Source: Octopus sinensis (Eukaryota). From it: DNA of 18,338 bases. Both the position numbers and the translations under genes were made by a program. The notes under the pieces were generated by a model. That model searched no databases, was not told the DNA's origin, and saw only the letters and a program-made list of their open reading frames with translations. The stretch is taken from NCBI RefSeq assembly GCF_006345805.1, contig NW_021824520.1, positions 1 to 18,338 on the forward strand, given 5' to 3'. Below are positions 7,501-17,290 of the stretch, in pieces (positions within the stretch are counted from its first letter, which is position 1; the number at the start of each line of letters is the position of its first letter).

Positions 7501-7754
7501 ACTTTGAATTCCATTAGCTTTGAGTCTTTCTCTAATGTGTACTGGAATAATTTCATAAAAAGCCCACAAGGCTACGTATCATCTTCCGAATAAAGATCCT
7601 GAAAATCTTCATTTTCGTTTCCTCGAAAAGGCAATTCGTTTGCACAAAGAAAATGAACAATATCAACAATGGAACTGATATAATAACGGTTTTTGCTCAA
7701 CTGATCCTTTTACAAGATTGAAGACACGGATGTTGGCGTTCCTTCCATGTTACC

Positions 7755-7986
7755 TATTTCTTTATTACCCACAAGAGGCTAAACATAGAAAGGACAAACA
7801 AGGAGAGACATAGGTATTAAGTCGATTACATCGACCCCAGTTCGTAACTGGTACTTATTTTATCGACCCCGAAAGGATGAAAGGCAAAGTCGACCTCGGC
7901 GGAATTTGAACTCACAACGTAACGACAGACGAAATACGGCTACGCATTTCGCCCAGCGTGCTAACGATTCTGCCAGCTCGCCGCTT
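7755..7986 (-). mobile_element. tRNA-derived SINE (family A) with 16-bp TSD
   Basis: TSD TTCCTTCCATGTTACC at 7739-7754 and 7987-8002; colinear with 261-492. Confidence 0.92.
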
Positions 7987-8171
7987 TTCCTTCCATGTTA
8001 CCATAGCTTGGATATGGGATGCAGAGTGCGTGATTATTAAAACCTTTGTTATTTTTCTTTTGCAGGATGCCAATTAGAATATTCATTTTTTATAAAACAA
8101 GTATCAGCTTGAGCAGAAGTATTAAAGTGCCGACAAGCAAAAACAAAACACGGCTTTCTTTGAAAGAGAAT

Positions 8172-8559
8172 GGATGGAAGCACTCCGTCGGTTACGACGA
8201 CGAGGGTTCCGGTTGATCCGAATCAACGGAACAGCCTGCTCGTGAAATTAACGTGTAATTGGCTGAGCACTCCACAGACACGTGTACCCTAAACGTAGTT
8301 CTCGGGGATATTCAGCGTGACACAGAGAGCGACAAGGCCGGCCCTTTGAAATACAGGTACAACAGAAACAGGAAATAAGAGTGAGAGAAAGTTGTGGTGA
8401 AAGAGTACAGCAGGGATCACCACCATCCCCTGCCGGAGCCTCGTGGAGCTTTATGTGTTTTCGCTCAATAAACACTCACAACGCCCGGTCTGGGAATCGA
8501 AACCGCGATCCTATGACCGCGAGTCCGCTGCCCTAACCACTGGGCCATTGCGCCTCCAC
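8172..8559 (-). mobile_element. tRNA-derived SINE (family C, possibly tRNA-Arg-related head) with 12-bp TSD
   Basis: TSD TTGAAAGAGAAT at 8160-8171 and 8560-8571; minus-strand head GTGGAGGCGCAATGGCCCAGTGGTTAGGGCAGCGGACTCGCGGTCATAGGATCGCGGTTTCGATTCCC with A and B boxes. Confidence 0.92.
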
Positions 8560-8874
8560 TTGAAAGAGAATACTCTAACCATAAACGACCAGTATACCAG
8601 CTTGACGAGAAGTCACGTCTCTGATTTCCATAAATTTTTGGATCAAACTTTGCTAGAACTGGCTGGCAGTCGACCTGTCCTAGATCATCCAATGAGGGTG
8701 TCAAAGACTTTGCAAGACCTCCTTTGAGCTGCGAAACTTCGTTTGTAATTCTCTTCTGCTTAGCATTATTAGATGAATCAGATTGGAAATTCAGCAATGA
8801 TTGCTTCAGTTTTCTTTTTCGGTATTGATTCATTATTTTTGGGCACTGATATTCGCAATAATTAATTCTAAGGT

Positions 8875-9278
8875 AGAATATCGTAGTAAGAGTCACAATT
8901 TCCTAAAATTTATGTATTTTTAAATTAAACTCGAAAGAGATTTGGTTCAAGCAATTTTTTTGTCAATTTCTTGAAAATTATGCTTTATTAGTTAAACACA
9001 AAATAATTTCACTATAAACTTTGTTCAAAGACTAAGAAAAATTATTCAGTGAAAGTTATCACCTGAAAACTACTTTCTGAATGTATATTTTTGGAAATTT
9101 CAAAATTTTTTTTTTCCTTTTTCGCGAATAATAATCCTCGATGACTTAAAATGACTTTTTAATGTCCGTATCTGTTCATATATATATATACGTGTGTAGT
9201 GATGCATTTACTACCATAAAACTCTAACTACAGTAACAATTCTTCACATACTTTTCAACGGCAACAAGGACAATCACC
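8875..9278 (+). repeat. Block S-T, third copy (also 12868-13162 direct and about 15615-16012 inverted)
   Basis: TATCGTAG.AAGAGT.ACAATTT...AAATTAAACTCGAAAGA.ATTTGGTTCAAGCAA...CATACTTTTCAACGGCAACAAGGACAATC aligns with the other copies. Confidence 0.9.
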
Positions 9279-9296
9279 AGCACCGCCATTGCCACA

Positions 9297-10758
9297 TGAA
9301 CTCTGCTGTGCATGCGCATTATGTTTTAACATTTTAAATCACTTCTGCTGCTTACAGCTGTGCTTGGAAGGAAGGTGTGTAGCGAGTGATCGTCGCATTG
9401 ACCATGACAGAGAAAGTTGTCATGGCGATACCTGCTCAGAGGCTTAGGCAAAGTTGCAGAAATTACATGGAGACGAGTGTATTTGTTGCACACGAGTGTA
9501 CGAGTGGTTCAGACGTTTCCAAGATGGCCGAAAAAATGTCGATATTGACGAACGTTCTGGGAGACCCGCAACCAGTAGACCTGAAAAAACATTGCAGATG
9601 TGCGTGCAACTGTGAAGGGAAATCGTCGAATCACCATCCGTGAATTATCAGAGGATGTGCAGATTAGTTACAGTTCGGTTCAGTCCATTATCACTAAAGA
9701 TTTGGGTATGAGACGCGTGTCTGCCAAGTTTATGCCAAAATTGCTCTCAGCGGACGAAAAAGACACTCGGGTTTCAGTTTTACAAGATCTTGATTGGGTC
9801 GAGAACGAATGAGACTTTTTGAAAACTTTGTGTAGGCCTCCGAGCAGGTATCACCAAGGCTTTTGGTAAAATTTGATGCAGATTCTCTGATCAACTTTCT
9901 CTGCCATGGTCAATGCAACGATCACATACTACATATCTTCCCTCCATGTAGCGGAAGTGAGCTTGGACGTTAAAACTTAGTGTGCATGCGGAGCAGCGTT
10001 CATGGTCAATCTGTTCCAAGCAACTTCACATTGCGTGTATAGTGGGTGATTGCTGCATTGACCATGGCAGAAAGTTGAGCAGAGAATCTGCATCAAATTT
10101 TGACAAAAGCTTGGCGCTACCTGCTCAGAGGCCTACGCAAAGTTTTCGAAAAGGTTTTCATCGTTCTCAACTCAATCAAGATCTTGTGCAACTGAAACCC
10201 GAGTGTGTATTTAGTCAGCTGAAGGCAATATTGGCACAAACTTGCAGACACGCGTCTCATACCCAAATGTTCAGGATAATGGACCGAACTGAACAGTAAC
10301 TAATCTGCACATCCTCTGATAACTCAGGGGTGGGAATTCGACGATTTACCCTCACGGCTGCATGCACGTCTGCAATGTTTTACGCAGTTCTGCTGGATGC
10401 AGGCCTCCCAGAATGTTCTTCAATATCGACATTTTTTCGTCCATCTTGGAAACGTCTGAACCACTCGTACACTCGTGTGCGGCTCATACACTCCTCTCCA
10501 TGCACTCTCTGCAACTTTGCCTAAGCCTTTGAGCAGGTATCGCCATGACAACTTTCTCTGCCAGGGTCAATGCGACGACCATACGCTACACACCTTCCTT
10601 CCAAGCATTGCTGTAAACAGCGAAAGTAAGTTAGGATTTAAAAACTTAGTGTGCATGCACAGCAAAGTTCAAGGTCAATCTTTTCCAAGCAGCTTCACTC
10701 TGCGTGCTTTAGCTTCGTTACTATGGAAACAGTCCGGATACTTATTGATGCGATCTCA
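9297..10758. mobile_element. Rearranged mariner (family M) forming a ~1.4-kb palindrome
   Basis: 9297-~9925 is the reverse complement of ~10040-10671; left TIR in reverse at 10730-10758 followed by TA. Confidence 0.88.
9402..9812 (+). pseudogene. Mariner transposase N-terminal fragment (family M); mirror copy on minus strand ~10165-10565
   Basis: MTEKV/GDTCSEA*AKLQKLHGDECICCTRVYEWFRRFQDGRKNVDIDERSGRPATS/..VKGNRRITIRELSEDVQISYSSVQSIITKDLGMRRVSAKFMPKLLS: mariner HTH regions and the KFVPKLL-type linker. Confidence 0.88.
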
Positions 10759-10978
10759 TACACGTTCTTCACTTGTTTATTATTGTTCTTATTTTATCTT
10801 ATGTCACGTGGCTGTCTGCTGACAACTTATTACTTTCTGGTCTGTATGTTACGATACACATTCATGGCTTCCAAAAGCAAAAGCCGTTTGTTTACATATA
10901 CGTTTATGCATTTGTTTCGCAAGATTCCTGATGTGAAATCGTGTGTCGAAACAGATACTGTTGTATTTCGGGATGGTC

Positions 10979-11362
10979 GGAGTGGGTGTGTGGTAAGTAG
11001 CTTGCTTACCAACAACATGGTTCCGGGTTAAGCCACACTGCGTGGCACCTAGGGCAGTTGTCTTCTACTATAGTCTTGGGCCGACCAAAGCCTTGTGAGT
11101 GGATTTGGTAGACGGAAACTGAAAGAAGCCCGTCGGATATATGCATATATATATATATGTGTGTGTTTGTGTTTGTCTCCCAAGCATCGCTTGACAGCCG
11201 ATAGAGGTGTGTTTACGTCCACGTAACTTAGCGGTTCGGCAAAAGAGGCCGATAGAATAAGTACTAGGCTTACAAAGAATAAGTCCTGGGGTCGATTTGC
11301 ACGACTAAAGGCGGTGCTCCAGCATTACCGCAGTCAGATTAATGAAAGAAGTAAAAGAGTAA
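10979..11362 (+). mobile_element. tRNA-derived SINE (family B)
   Basis: Same head, microsatellite and tail organisation as 6548-7448; mirror copy at 17533-17977. Confidence 0.85.
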
Positions 11363-11852
11363 AGAGAGAGAGAGAGAAAGAGAAAGAGAGTAAATAAACA
11401 CGTTATGTATTCGTTCTTCATTCGTTTATTACTGACCTTGTTTTATCCTATGTCCATCGTCTCCGAAAGGTTTCCGGACAATGGACATAGAATATGATAA
11501 GAACAGTAATAAAAGAGTGAAGAACGAATATACAGTGCGTGTGTTTATTTGGCAATAAAAACATGACCGTCCCGAAATATAAAACTATAAAAATATATAT
11601 TATTTTTTTTTTGTCTTGTACATGTTTCAGTCGTTACACTACGACCATGCTGGGGCACCGCCTTCAACAATTTTTGATCGAATGTATCTACTCCGGACCT
11701 TATTTTTCTTTTGAGTGTGGTACATATTCTATCGATCTATCGATCACTTTTGTCAAACTGTTAAGTTACGGGCACGTAGACACAGCGGCATCGGTTGTCA
11801 AGCGGTGGTGGGAGGATAAACATAGACACAAAGAGACAGACACACAGACACA

Positions 11853-11889
<37 letters not shown>

Positions 11890-12253
11890 ACACATTTATA
11901 GCGCGGGCTTCATTTATCCGTCTACCAAATCAACTCAGAAGGCTTTAGTCGGCCTGATGCAATAGTTGAAGATACTCGCTCAAGGTGCCACGCCGTGTGA
12001 CTTGAACCCAGAGCGATGTGGTTGGGAGGTATGCTACTTATCACACAGCCACGCTCCCGCCTATATTATATATACGTAAAGAGAAAACCGATATAATAAG
12101 TATCAAGCTTTTTAAAGAAACGTAAGTACTGGGAATCGGACAATGCTCCATCATGGCCGCAGTTTAATGACCGAAACAAATAAAGCATAAAAGATAAAAG
12201 AAGTCGTTAAAAAGAGAAAATCCAATCTAAGTCACCTTCGGTTGTCTCCCTTG
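11160..12253 (+). repeat. Block Q, left arm of inner inverted repeat
   Basis: Reverse complement of 13293-14420 and of ~16630-17800. Confidence 0.9.
11614..12062 (-). mobile_element. Diverged tRNA-derived SINE (family B-related)
   Basis: Minus-strand head GGCGGGAGCGTGGCTGTGTGATAAGTAGC..GGGTTCAAGTC, (CA)n centre, tail GACTGAAACATGTACAAGA; copies at 13539-13980 and 16818-17290. Confidence 0.8.
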
Positions 12254-12604
12254 CATGCAGCAATTATTTTGTAAGTTGAAGAGTAGCCTCCCTTATATAA
12301 CTAAATGTCATTGACCTGAGCTAACGTTGAAAACGTTGAAATGACTTTACGCTTGCTAAAATTGCTAGAAATAATAGTCAAATAAAAATAGTAATCAGTT
12401 AAACTATATCTTCATGTCTGAAGGCAATCTTAGAAGTTACATACAGAAGTACAGACAGGAAATGTTTGGCTGCAACGTCTTCGTACATAAATCAACTCAA
12501 TCAGCGCTCTTATTGCGCGAAATAGCAGCAACACGATCCAACGAATGTGCCTCTATGTGGTCTCTTGACGCGCATAAACAGCAGACAAATTTCTTTAAAA
12601 AAAA

Positions 12605-12700
12605 CAGTCGTTCTCAACCATTTTTCATCTATGGACCCCTTTGATTACTATTTCATTTTGGTGGGCCCCCAAAGCCATTCGATGTTTAAAAACTAGTTTT
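12605..12700 (+). mobile_element. Possible terminus of a hAT-Charlie-like element
   Basis: CAGTCGTTCTCAACC resembles the CAGTGGTTCTCAACC Charlie-type TIR and is followed by TATGGACCCC/GGGCCCCC subterminal-like motifs; mirror copy at 16269-16283. Confidence 0.4.
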
Positions 12701-13538
12701 ATAGAAGCTGCATTCCAAATTTCAGTCTTGTTTCTCATGCGTTCACTTGTGTAGGTTGAACTATGTAAAATGTCAGAGAAAGAAACCACATACTTAAAGT
12801 GTGAAGGGGGACAAAGGCCACAGACTAAATATTTTTCGGCTATTTTTTTTCATTTTCTTTTTAATAATAGACTATCGTAGCAAGAGTAACAATTTCTGAA
12901 AATTTATGTATTTTTAAATTAAACTCGAAAGATATTTGGTTCAAGCAATTTTTTTTTTCAATTTCTTCAAAGTTCTGCTTTATTAGTTAAACACAAAATA
13001 ATTTCAGTATAAACTTTGTTCAAAGACTAAGAAAAATTATTCAGTGAAAGTTCTCACCTGAAAAATGCTTTCTGAATGTATATTTTGGAATATTTCAGAA
13101 ATTTTCCTTTCCTTTTTCGCGAATAATAAATCCCCTCCGACTAATAGAAATAAAATGACTTTAGGAAAAGACCCCAAACATTTTGATCAGCTCTAATTCA
13201 CCCAGATTTTCATATCACTAAAATCAAAAGAAATTCAATTTATTGGGTATTTAGCGACATCAGGTATTGCTTATGATCGGCGAGGCTACAAACAAGGGAG
13301 ACAACCTTGTATTAATTTTTCCCTTTTTTTAACTGCTTATTTTGTCTTTTATGATTTTAACTTTTCTCTGTTTAACTAATTATTTTCTCACTTTCTAACT
13401 ACTTCTTTTATCTTTTATGCTTTATTTGTTTCGGTCATTAAACTGCGGCCATGATGGAGCATTGTCCGATTCCAGTACTTATGTTTCTTTAAAAAGCTTG
13501 ATACTTATATCGGTTTTCCTTTTACGTATATATAATAT

Positions 13539-13700
13539 AGGCGCGGCGTGGCTGTGTGATAAGTAGCAGACTTCCCAACCACATCGTTCTGGGTTCAAGT
13601 CCCACTGCGTGGCACCTTGGCGAGTATCTTCAACTATTGCTTCAGGCCGACTAAAGCCTTGTGAGTTGATTTGGTAGACGGATACTAAAAGCAGCCCACC

Positions 13701-13737
<37 letters not shown>

Positions 13738-13980
13738 GTGTCTGTGTCTGTCTGTCTGTGTCTTTATGTCTATGTTTATCCTCCCACCACCGCTTGACAA
13801 CCCATGCCGCTGTGTCTACGTCCCCGTAACTTAGCAGTTTGACAAAACTGATCGATAGATCGATAGAATATGTACCATACTCAAAAGAAAAATAAGGTTC
13901 GGAGTAGATTCATTCGATCAAAAATTGTTGAAGCCGGTGCACCAACATGGTCGTAGACTGAAACACGTACAAGATAAAAA
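13539..13980 (+). mobile_element. Diverged tRNA-derived SINE (copy in inverted Q)
   Basis: Reverse complement of 11614-12062. Confidence 0.8.
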
Positions 13981-14218
13981 GAAATAGTATATATTTTCAT
14001 ATTGATATATTTCGGGACGGTCATTTTTTCTTGCCAAATAAACACACGCACTGTTCGTATCTTTTTTTATGTCCATTGTCCGGAAACCTTTCGGAGACGA
14101 TGGACATAGGATAAAACAAGGTCAGTAAAAAACGAATGAAGAACGAATACATAACGTATGTGTTTATTTACTCTCTCTCTCTCTCCCTCTCCCCCTCTCT
14201 CTCTCTCTCTCTCTCTCT

Positions 14219-14419
14219 TTCTTTACTCTTTTACTTGTTTCAGTGATTTGACTGCGTCCATGCTGGAGCACCTCCTTTAGTCGAGCAAATCGACCTCAGG
14301 TCTTATTCTTTGTAAGCCTAGTACTTATTCTATCGGTCTCTTTTTGCCGAACCGCTAAGTTACGGGGACGTAAACACACCAGCATCGGTTGTCAAGCAAT
14401 GTACGGTGAACAAACACAA

Positions 14420-14420
<1 letters not shown>
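14219..14420 (-). mobile_element. 3' part of SINE family B (head lost)
   Basis: Reverse complement of 11160-11362; the homology stops at the microsatellite. Confidence 0.8.
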
Positions 14421-14450
<30 letters not shown>

Positions 14451-14462
14451 CATACACGCGCG

Positions 14463-14532
<70 letters not shown>

Positions 14533-14533
<1 letters not shown>

Positions 14534-14830
14534 GTGAAAGCCAATTGACATTGTCGTAGCGGGAGGTTATTCTCTGTCCAAAGCACTGCCGTAGGAAATG
14601 CATTGTTTCCCTTGCAGTATGTGCAGTTGTCCTTTCTTGCTGGAGCCACGTGTGACGTCTACTTTGAATGGCCTTCACGCTCCCGAGACTTGAGTATCCC
14701 GGATTTTTTCTTGTGGGGATACCTGAATGAGAGGGGTTTTGTCAACAAACGGGAGACACTGATGGAACTGAAGAAGAACATCAATTGGGAAATCAGAGAA
14801 GTGGGGTCCGTAACCCTTGGTGCAAGTTTT
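14533..14830. pseudogene. Tc1/mariner-superfamily (maT/rosa-like) transposase fragment with internal inversion
   Basis: Minus strand 14660-14533: TWLQQERTTAHTARETMHFLRQCFGQRITSRYDNVNWLSR. Plus strand from 14663: FEWPSRSRDLSIPDFFLWGYLNERGFVNKRETLMELKKNI. Together they match the WFQQDGAxAH...WPPRSPDLxPxDFFLWGYLK catalytic motif. Confidence 0.8.
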
Positions 14831-14854
14831 GGAAAGAACCCGAGCGTGCATGGT

Positions 14855-15050
14855 CCACCACCGTTTGACAACCGGTGTTAGTTTCTTTACGTCCTCAGTA
14901 ACCTAGCGGTTCGGCATATGGGGCGCATGGAATATGTAACATGCTTAAAAAATAAGTTCCGGGGGTCGATTAGTTAGACTAAAGATTTCAAGGCGGTGCC
15001 CCAGCATGGCCGCAGTTCAATAACTGAATGAGGTAAAGAAACGGAAGATT
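14855..15050 (+). mobile_element. Diverged 3' part of SINE family B
   Basis: CCACCACCGTTTGACAACCGGTG..TAGCGGTTCGGCA..GGGGTCGAT..AAGGCGGTGCCCCAGCATGGCCGCAGT. Confidence 0.75.
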
Positions 15051-16817
15051 AAAAAATTGGAAAAATAAATTTTTTTTCTAAACCATGACACGTGGTTTCA
15101 TACCAGTGCTCCATATGGACCCAAGAGGTCCACATAAGATTTTGAGGGTTCCACGCATGCAAAATAGTAGACAGGAGAGACATGAAAAATGTTCATGAAA
15201 AATGTTGCTCTTTGCCCAAGGTGCCACGCACGACCACGCCGCGCTTATATTATATATACGTAAAAGGAAAACCGATATAATGAGCATCAAGCTTTTTAAG
15301 AAACATAATTACTGGTATCGAACAATGCCCCATCATGGCCGCAGTTTAATGATCGAGCATAAAAGACGAAATAAGTAGTTAAAAAAGAGGGGAAAATAAA
15401 TACAGGGTTGTCTCCCTTGTTTGCAAGCTTGCCGATCATAAGCAATACCTGATGTCGCTAAATACCCAATAAATTGAATTTCTTTTGATTTTAGTGATAT
15501 GAAAATCTGGGTAGATTAGAGCTGGTCAAAATGTTTGTTGTAGCTGTAATTGTTGTCGCAGAATTGGCTGCTGACCCGGTCATCAACTATGGGTGATGCG
15601 GGGTTGTTATTGTTTGGAGATTGTCCTTGTTGCCGTTGAAAAGTATGTGAAGAATTGTTACTGTAGATAGAGTTTTATGGTAGTAAACGCATCACTACAC
15701 ACGTATATATATATATGAACAGAGACGGACATTATAAAGTCATTTTATTTCTATTAGTCAGAGAGGATTATTATTCGCAAAAAAGGAAAAAAAATTTTTT
15801 GAGATTTTCCAAAATATACATTCAGAAAGTATTTTTCAGGTGAGAACTTTCACTGAATAATTTTTCTTAGCCTTTGAACAAAGTTTATAGTGAAATTATT
15901 TAAGCAGAACTTTGAAGAAATTGACAAAAAAATTGCTTGAACCAAATCTCTTTCGAGTTTAATTTAAAAATACATAAATTTTCAGAAATTGTTACTGTTG
16001 CTACGATAGTCTATTATTAAAAAGAAAACGAAAGTGAAAACAAATAACGGAAAAATATTTAGCCTGTGGCCTTTGTCCACCTTCACACTTTAAGTATGTG
16101 GTTTCTTTCTCTGACATTTTACATAGTTCAACCTACACAAGTGAACGCATGAGAAACAAGATTGAAATTTGGAATGCAGCTTCTATAAAACTAGTGTTTT
16201 AAACATCGAATGGCTTTGGGGGCCCACCAAAATGAAATAGTAATCAAAGGGGTCCATAGACGAAAAATGGTTGAGAGCGACTGTTTTTTGAAAGAAATTT
16301 GTTTGCTATTTTTGCGCGTCAAGAGACCACATAGAGGCACCTTCGTTGGATCGTGTTGCTGCTATTTTGCGCAATAGGAGCGCTGATTGAGTTGATTTAT
16401 GTTCGAAGACGTTGCAGCCAGACATTTCCTGTCTGTACATCTGTATGTAACTTCTAAGATTGCCTTGAGGCATGAAGATATAGTTTTAATGAATGTTGTT
16501 TTTATTTGACTATTATTTCTAGCAATTTTATCAAGCGTATAGTCATTTCAACGTTTTCAACGTTAGCTTAGGTCAATAACTTTTAGTTATATAAGGGAGG
16601 CTACTCTTCAACTTACAAAATAATTGCTTCATGCAAGGGAGACAACCGAAGGTGACTTAGATTGGATTTTCTCTTTTTAACTACTTTTAACTTTTATGCA
16701 TTATTTCTTTCGGTCTTTAAACTACGGCCATGATGGAGCATTGTCCGATTCCAGTACTTATGTTTCTTTAAAAAGCTTGATACTTATATCGGTTTTCCTT
16801 TTACGTATATATAATAT

Positions 16818-17290
16818 AGGCGCGGAGTGGCTGTGTGATAAGTAGCATACCTCCCAACCACATCGCTCTGGGTTCAAGTCTCACTGCGTGGCACCTTGGA
16901 CAAGTGTCTTCAACTATTGCTTCAGGCCGACTAAAGCCTTCTGAGATAATTTGGTAGACGGATAAAAGAAGCCCGCCGTATAAATGTGTATGTGTGTGTG
17001 TGTGTGTGTGTGGTGTGTGTGTGTGTGTGTGTGTGTGTGTCTGTGTCTGTGTCTGTGTGTCTGTCTCTTTGTGTCTATGTTTATCCTCCCACCACCGCTT
17101 GACAACCGATGCCGCTGTGTCTACATGCCCGTAACTTATCAGTTTGACAAAAGTAATCGATAGATCGATAGAATATGTACCACACTCAAAAGAAATATAA
17201 GGTCCGGAGTAGATTCATTCGATTAAAAATTGTTGAAGCCGGTGCCCCAGCATAATCGTAGTCTAATGACTGAAACAAGTACAAGATAAA
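16818..17290 (+). mobile_element. Diverged tRNA-derived SINE (third copy in Q)
   Basis: Direct repeat of 13539-13980. Confidence 0.8.

Larger units (their letters stand above)
7501..8833 (-). pseudogene. hAT transposase N-terminal pseudogene (TTF-type zinc finger + DUF4371 region, ZMYM1/Tip100-like), split by two SINEs
   Basis: After removing both SINEs and one TSD copy each: MNQYRKRK...QPVLAKFDPKIYGNQRRDFSSSWYTGRLWLEYSLSKKAVFCF/ACRHFNTSAQADTCFIKNEYSNWH..KGFNNHA..HIQAMVTWKERQ..KDQLSKNRYYISSIVDIVHFLCANELPFRGNE..*PCGLFMKLFQYTLEKDSKL, with several frameshifts and stops. Confidence 0.85.
10677..13622 (+). repeat. Left arm of large inverted duplication
   Basis: Reverse complement of 15212-18338; roughly 90-97% identical in unique segments checked by eye, with private indels. 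Confidence 0.92.
13293..14420 (-). repeat. Block Q inverted copy, right arm of inner inverted repeat
   Basis: Begins CAAGGGAGACAACC (reverse complement of 12240-12253); direct repeat of ~16630-17750. Confidence 0.9.

Noticed and set aside
8480-8559. tRNA gene (and other SINE heads at 430-492, 5351-5406, 6548-6610)
   Set aside because: A/B boxes are present but there is no complete cloverleaf, and each continues into a repeated SINE body.
8465-8896. 143-aa ORF as a host ZMYM1-like gene
   Set aside because: The last ~30 aa come from a SINE head; the true continuation is frameshifted and SINE-interrupted, so it is a hAT fossil.
10928-10956. CTGATGTGA...CGAAAC as another hammerhead
   Set aside because: The core is mis-spaced, stem II and stem I are unconvincing, there is no NUH site, and the mirror copy reads TTGATG.
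10651-11031. Paralogous ORF pair with 17904-18242/18020-18292
   Set aside because: The similarity comes from the inverted duplication; the ORFs span mariner UTR, flank and SINE head, and a 59-nt indel shifts the frame between copies.
12414-12644. 76-aa ORF in block R
   Set aside because: The mirror copy (~16250-16475, minus strand) has mostly amino-acid-changing substitutions and a premature stop (..DAQK*), so there is no sign of coding constraint.
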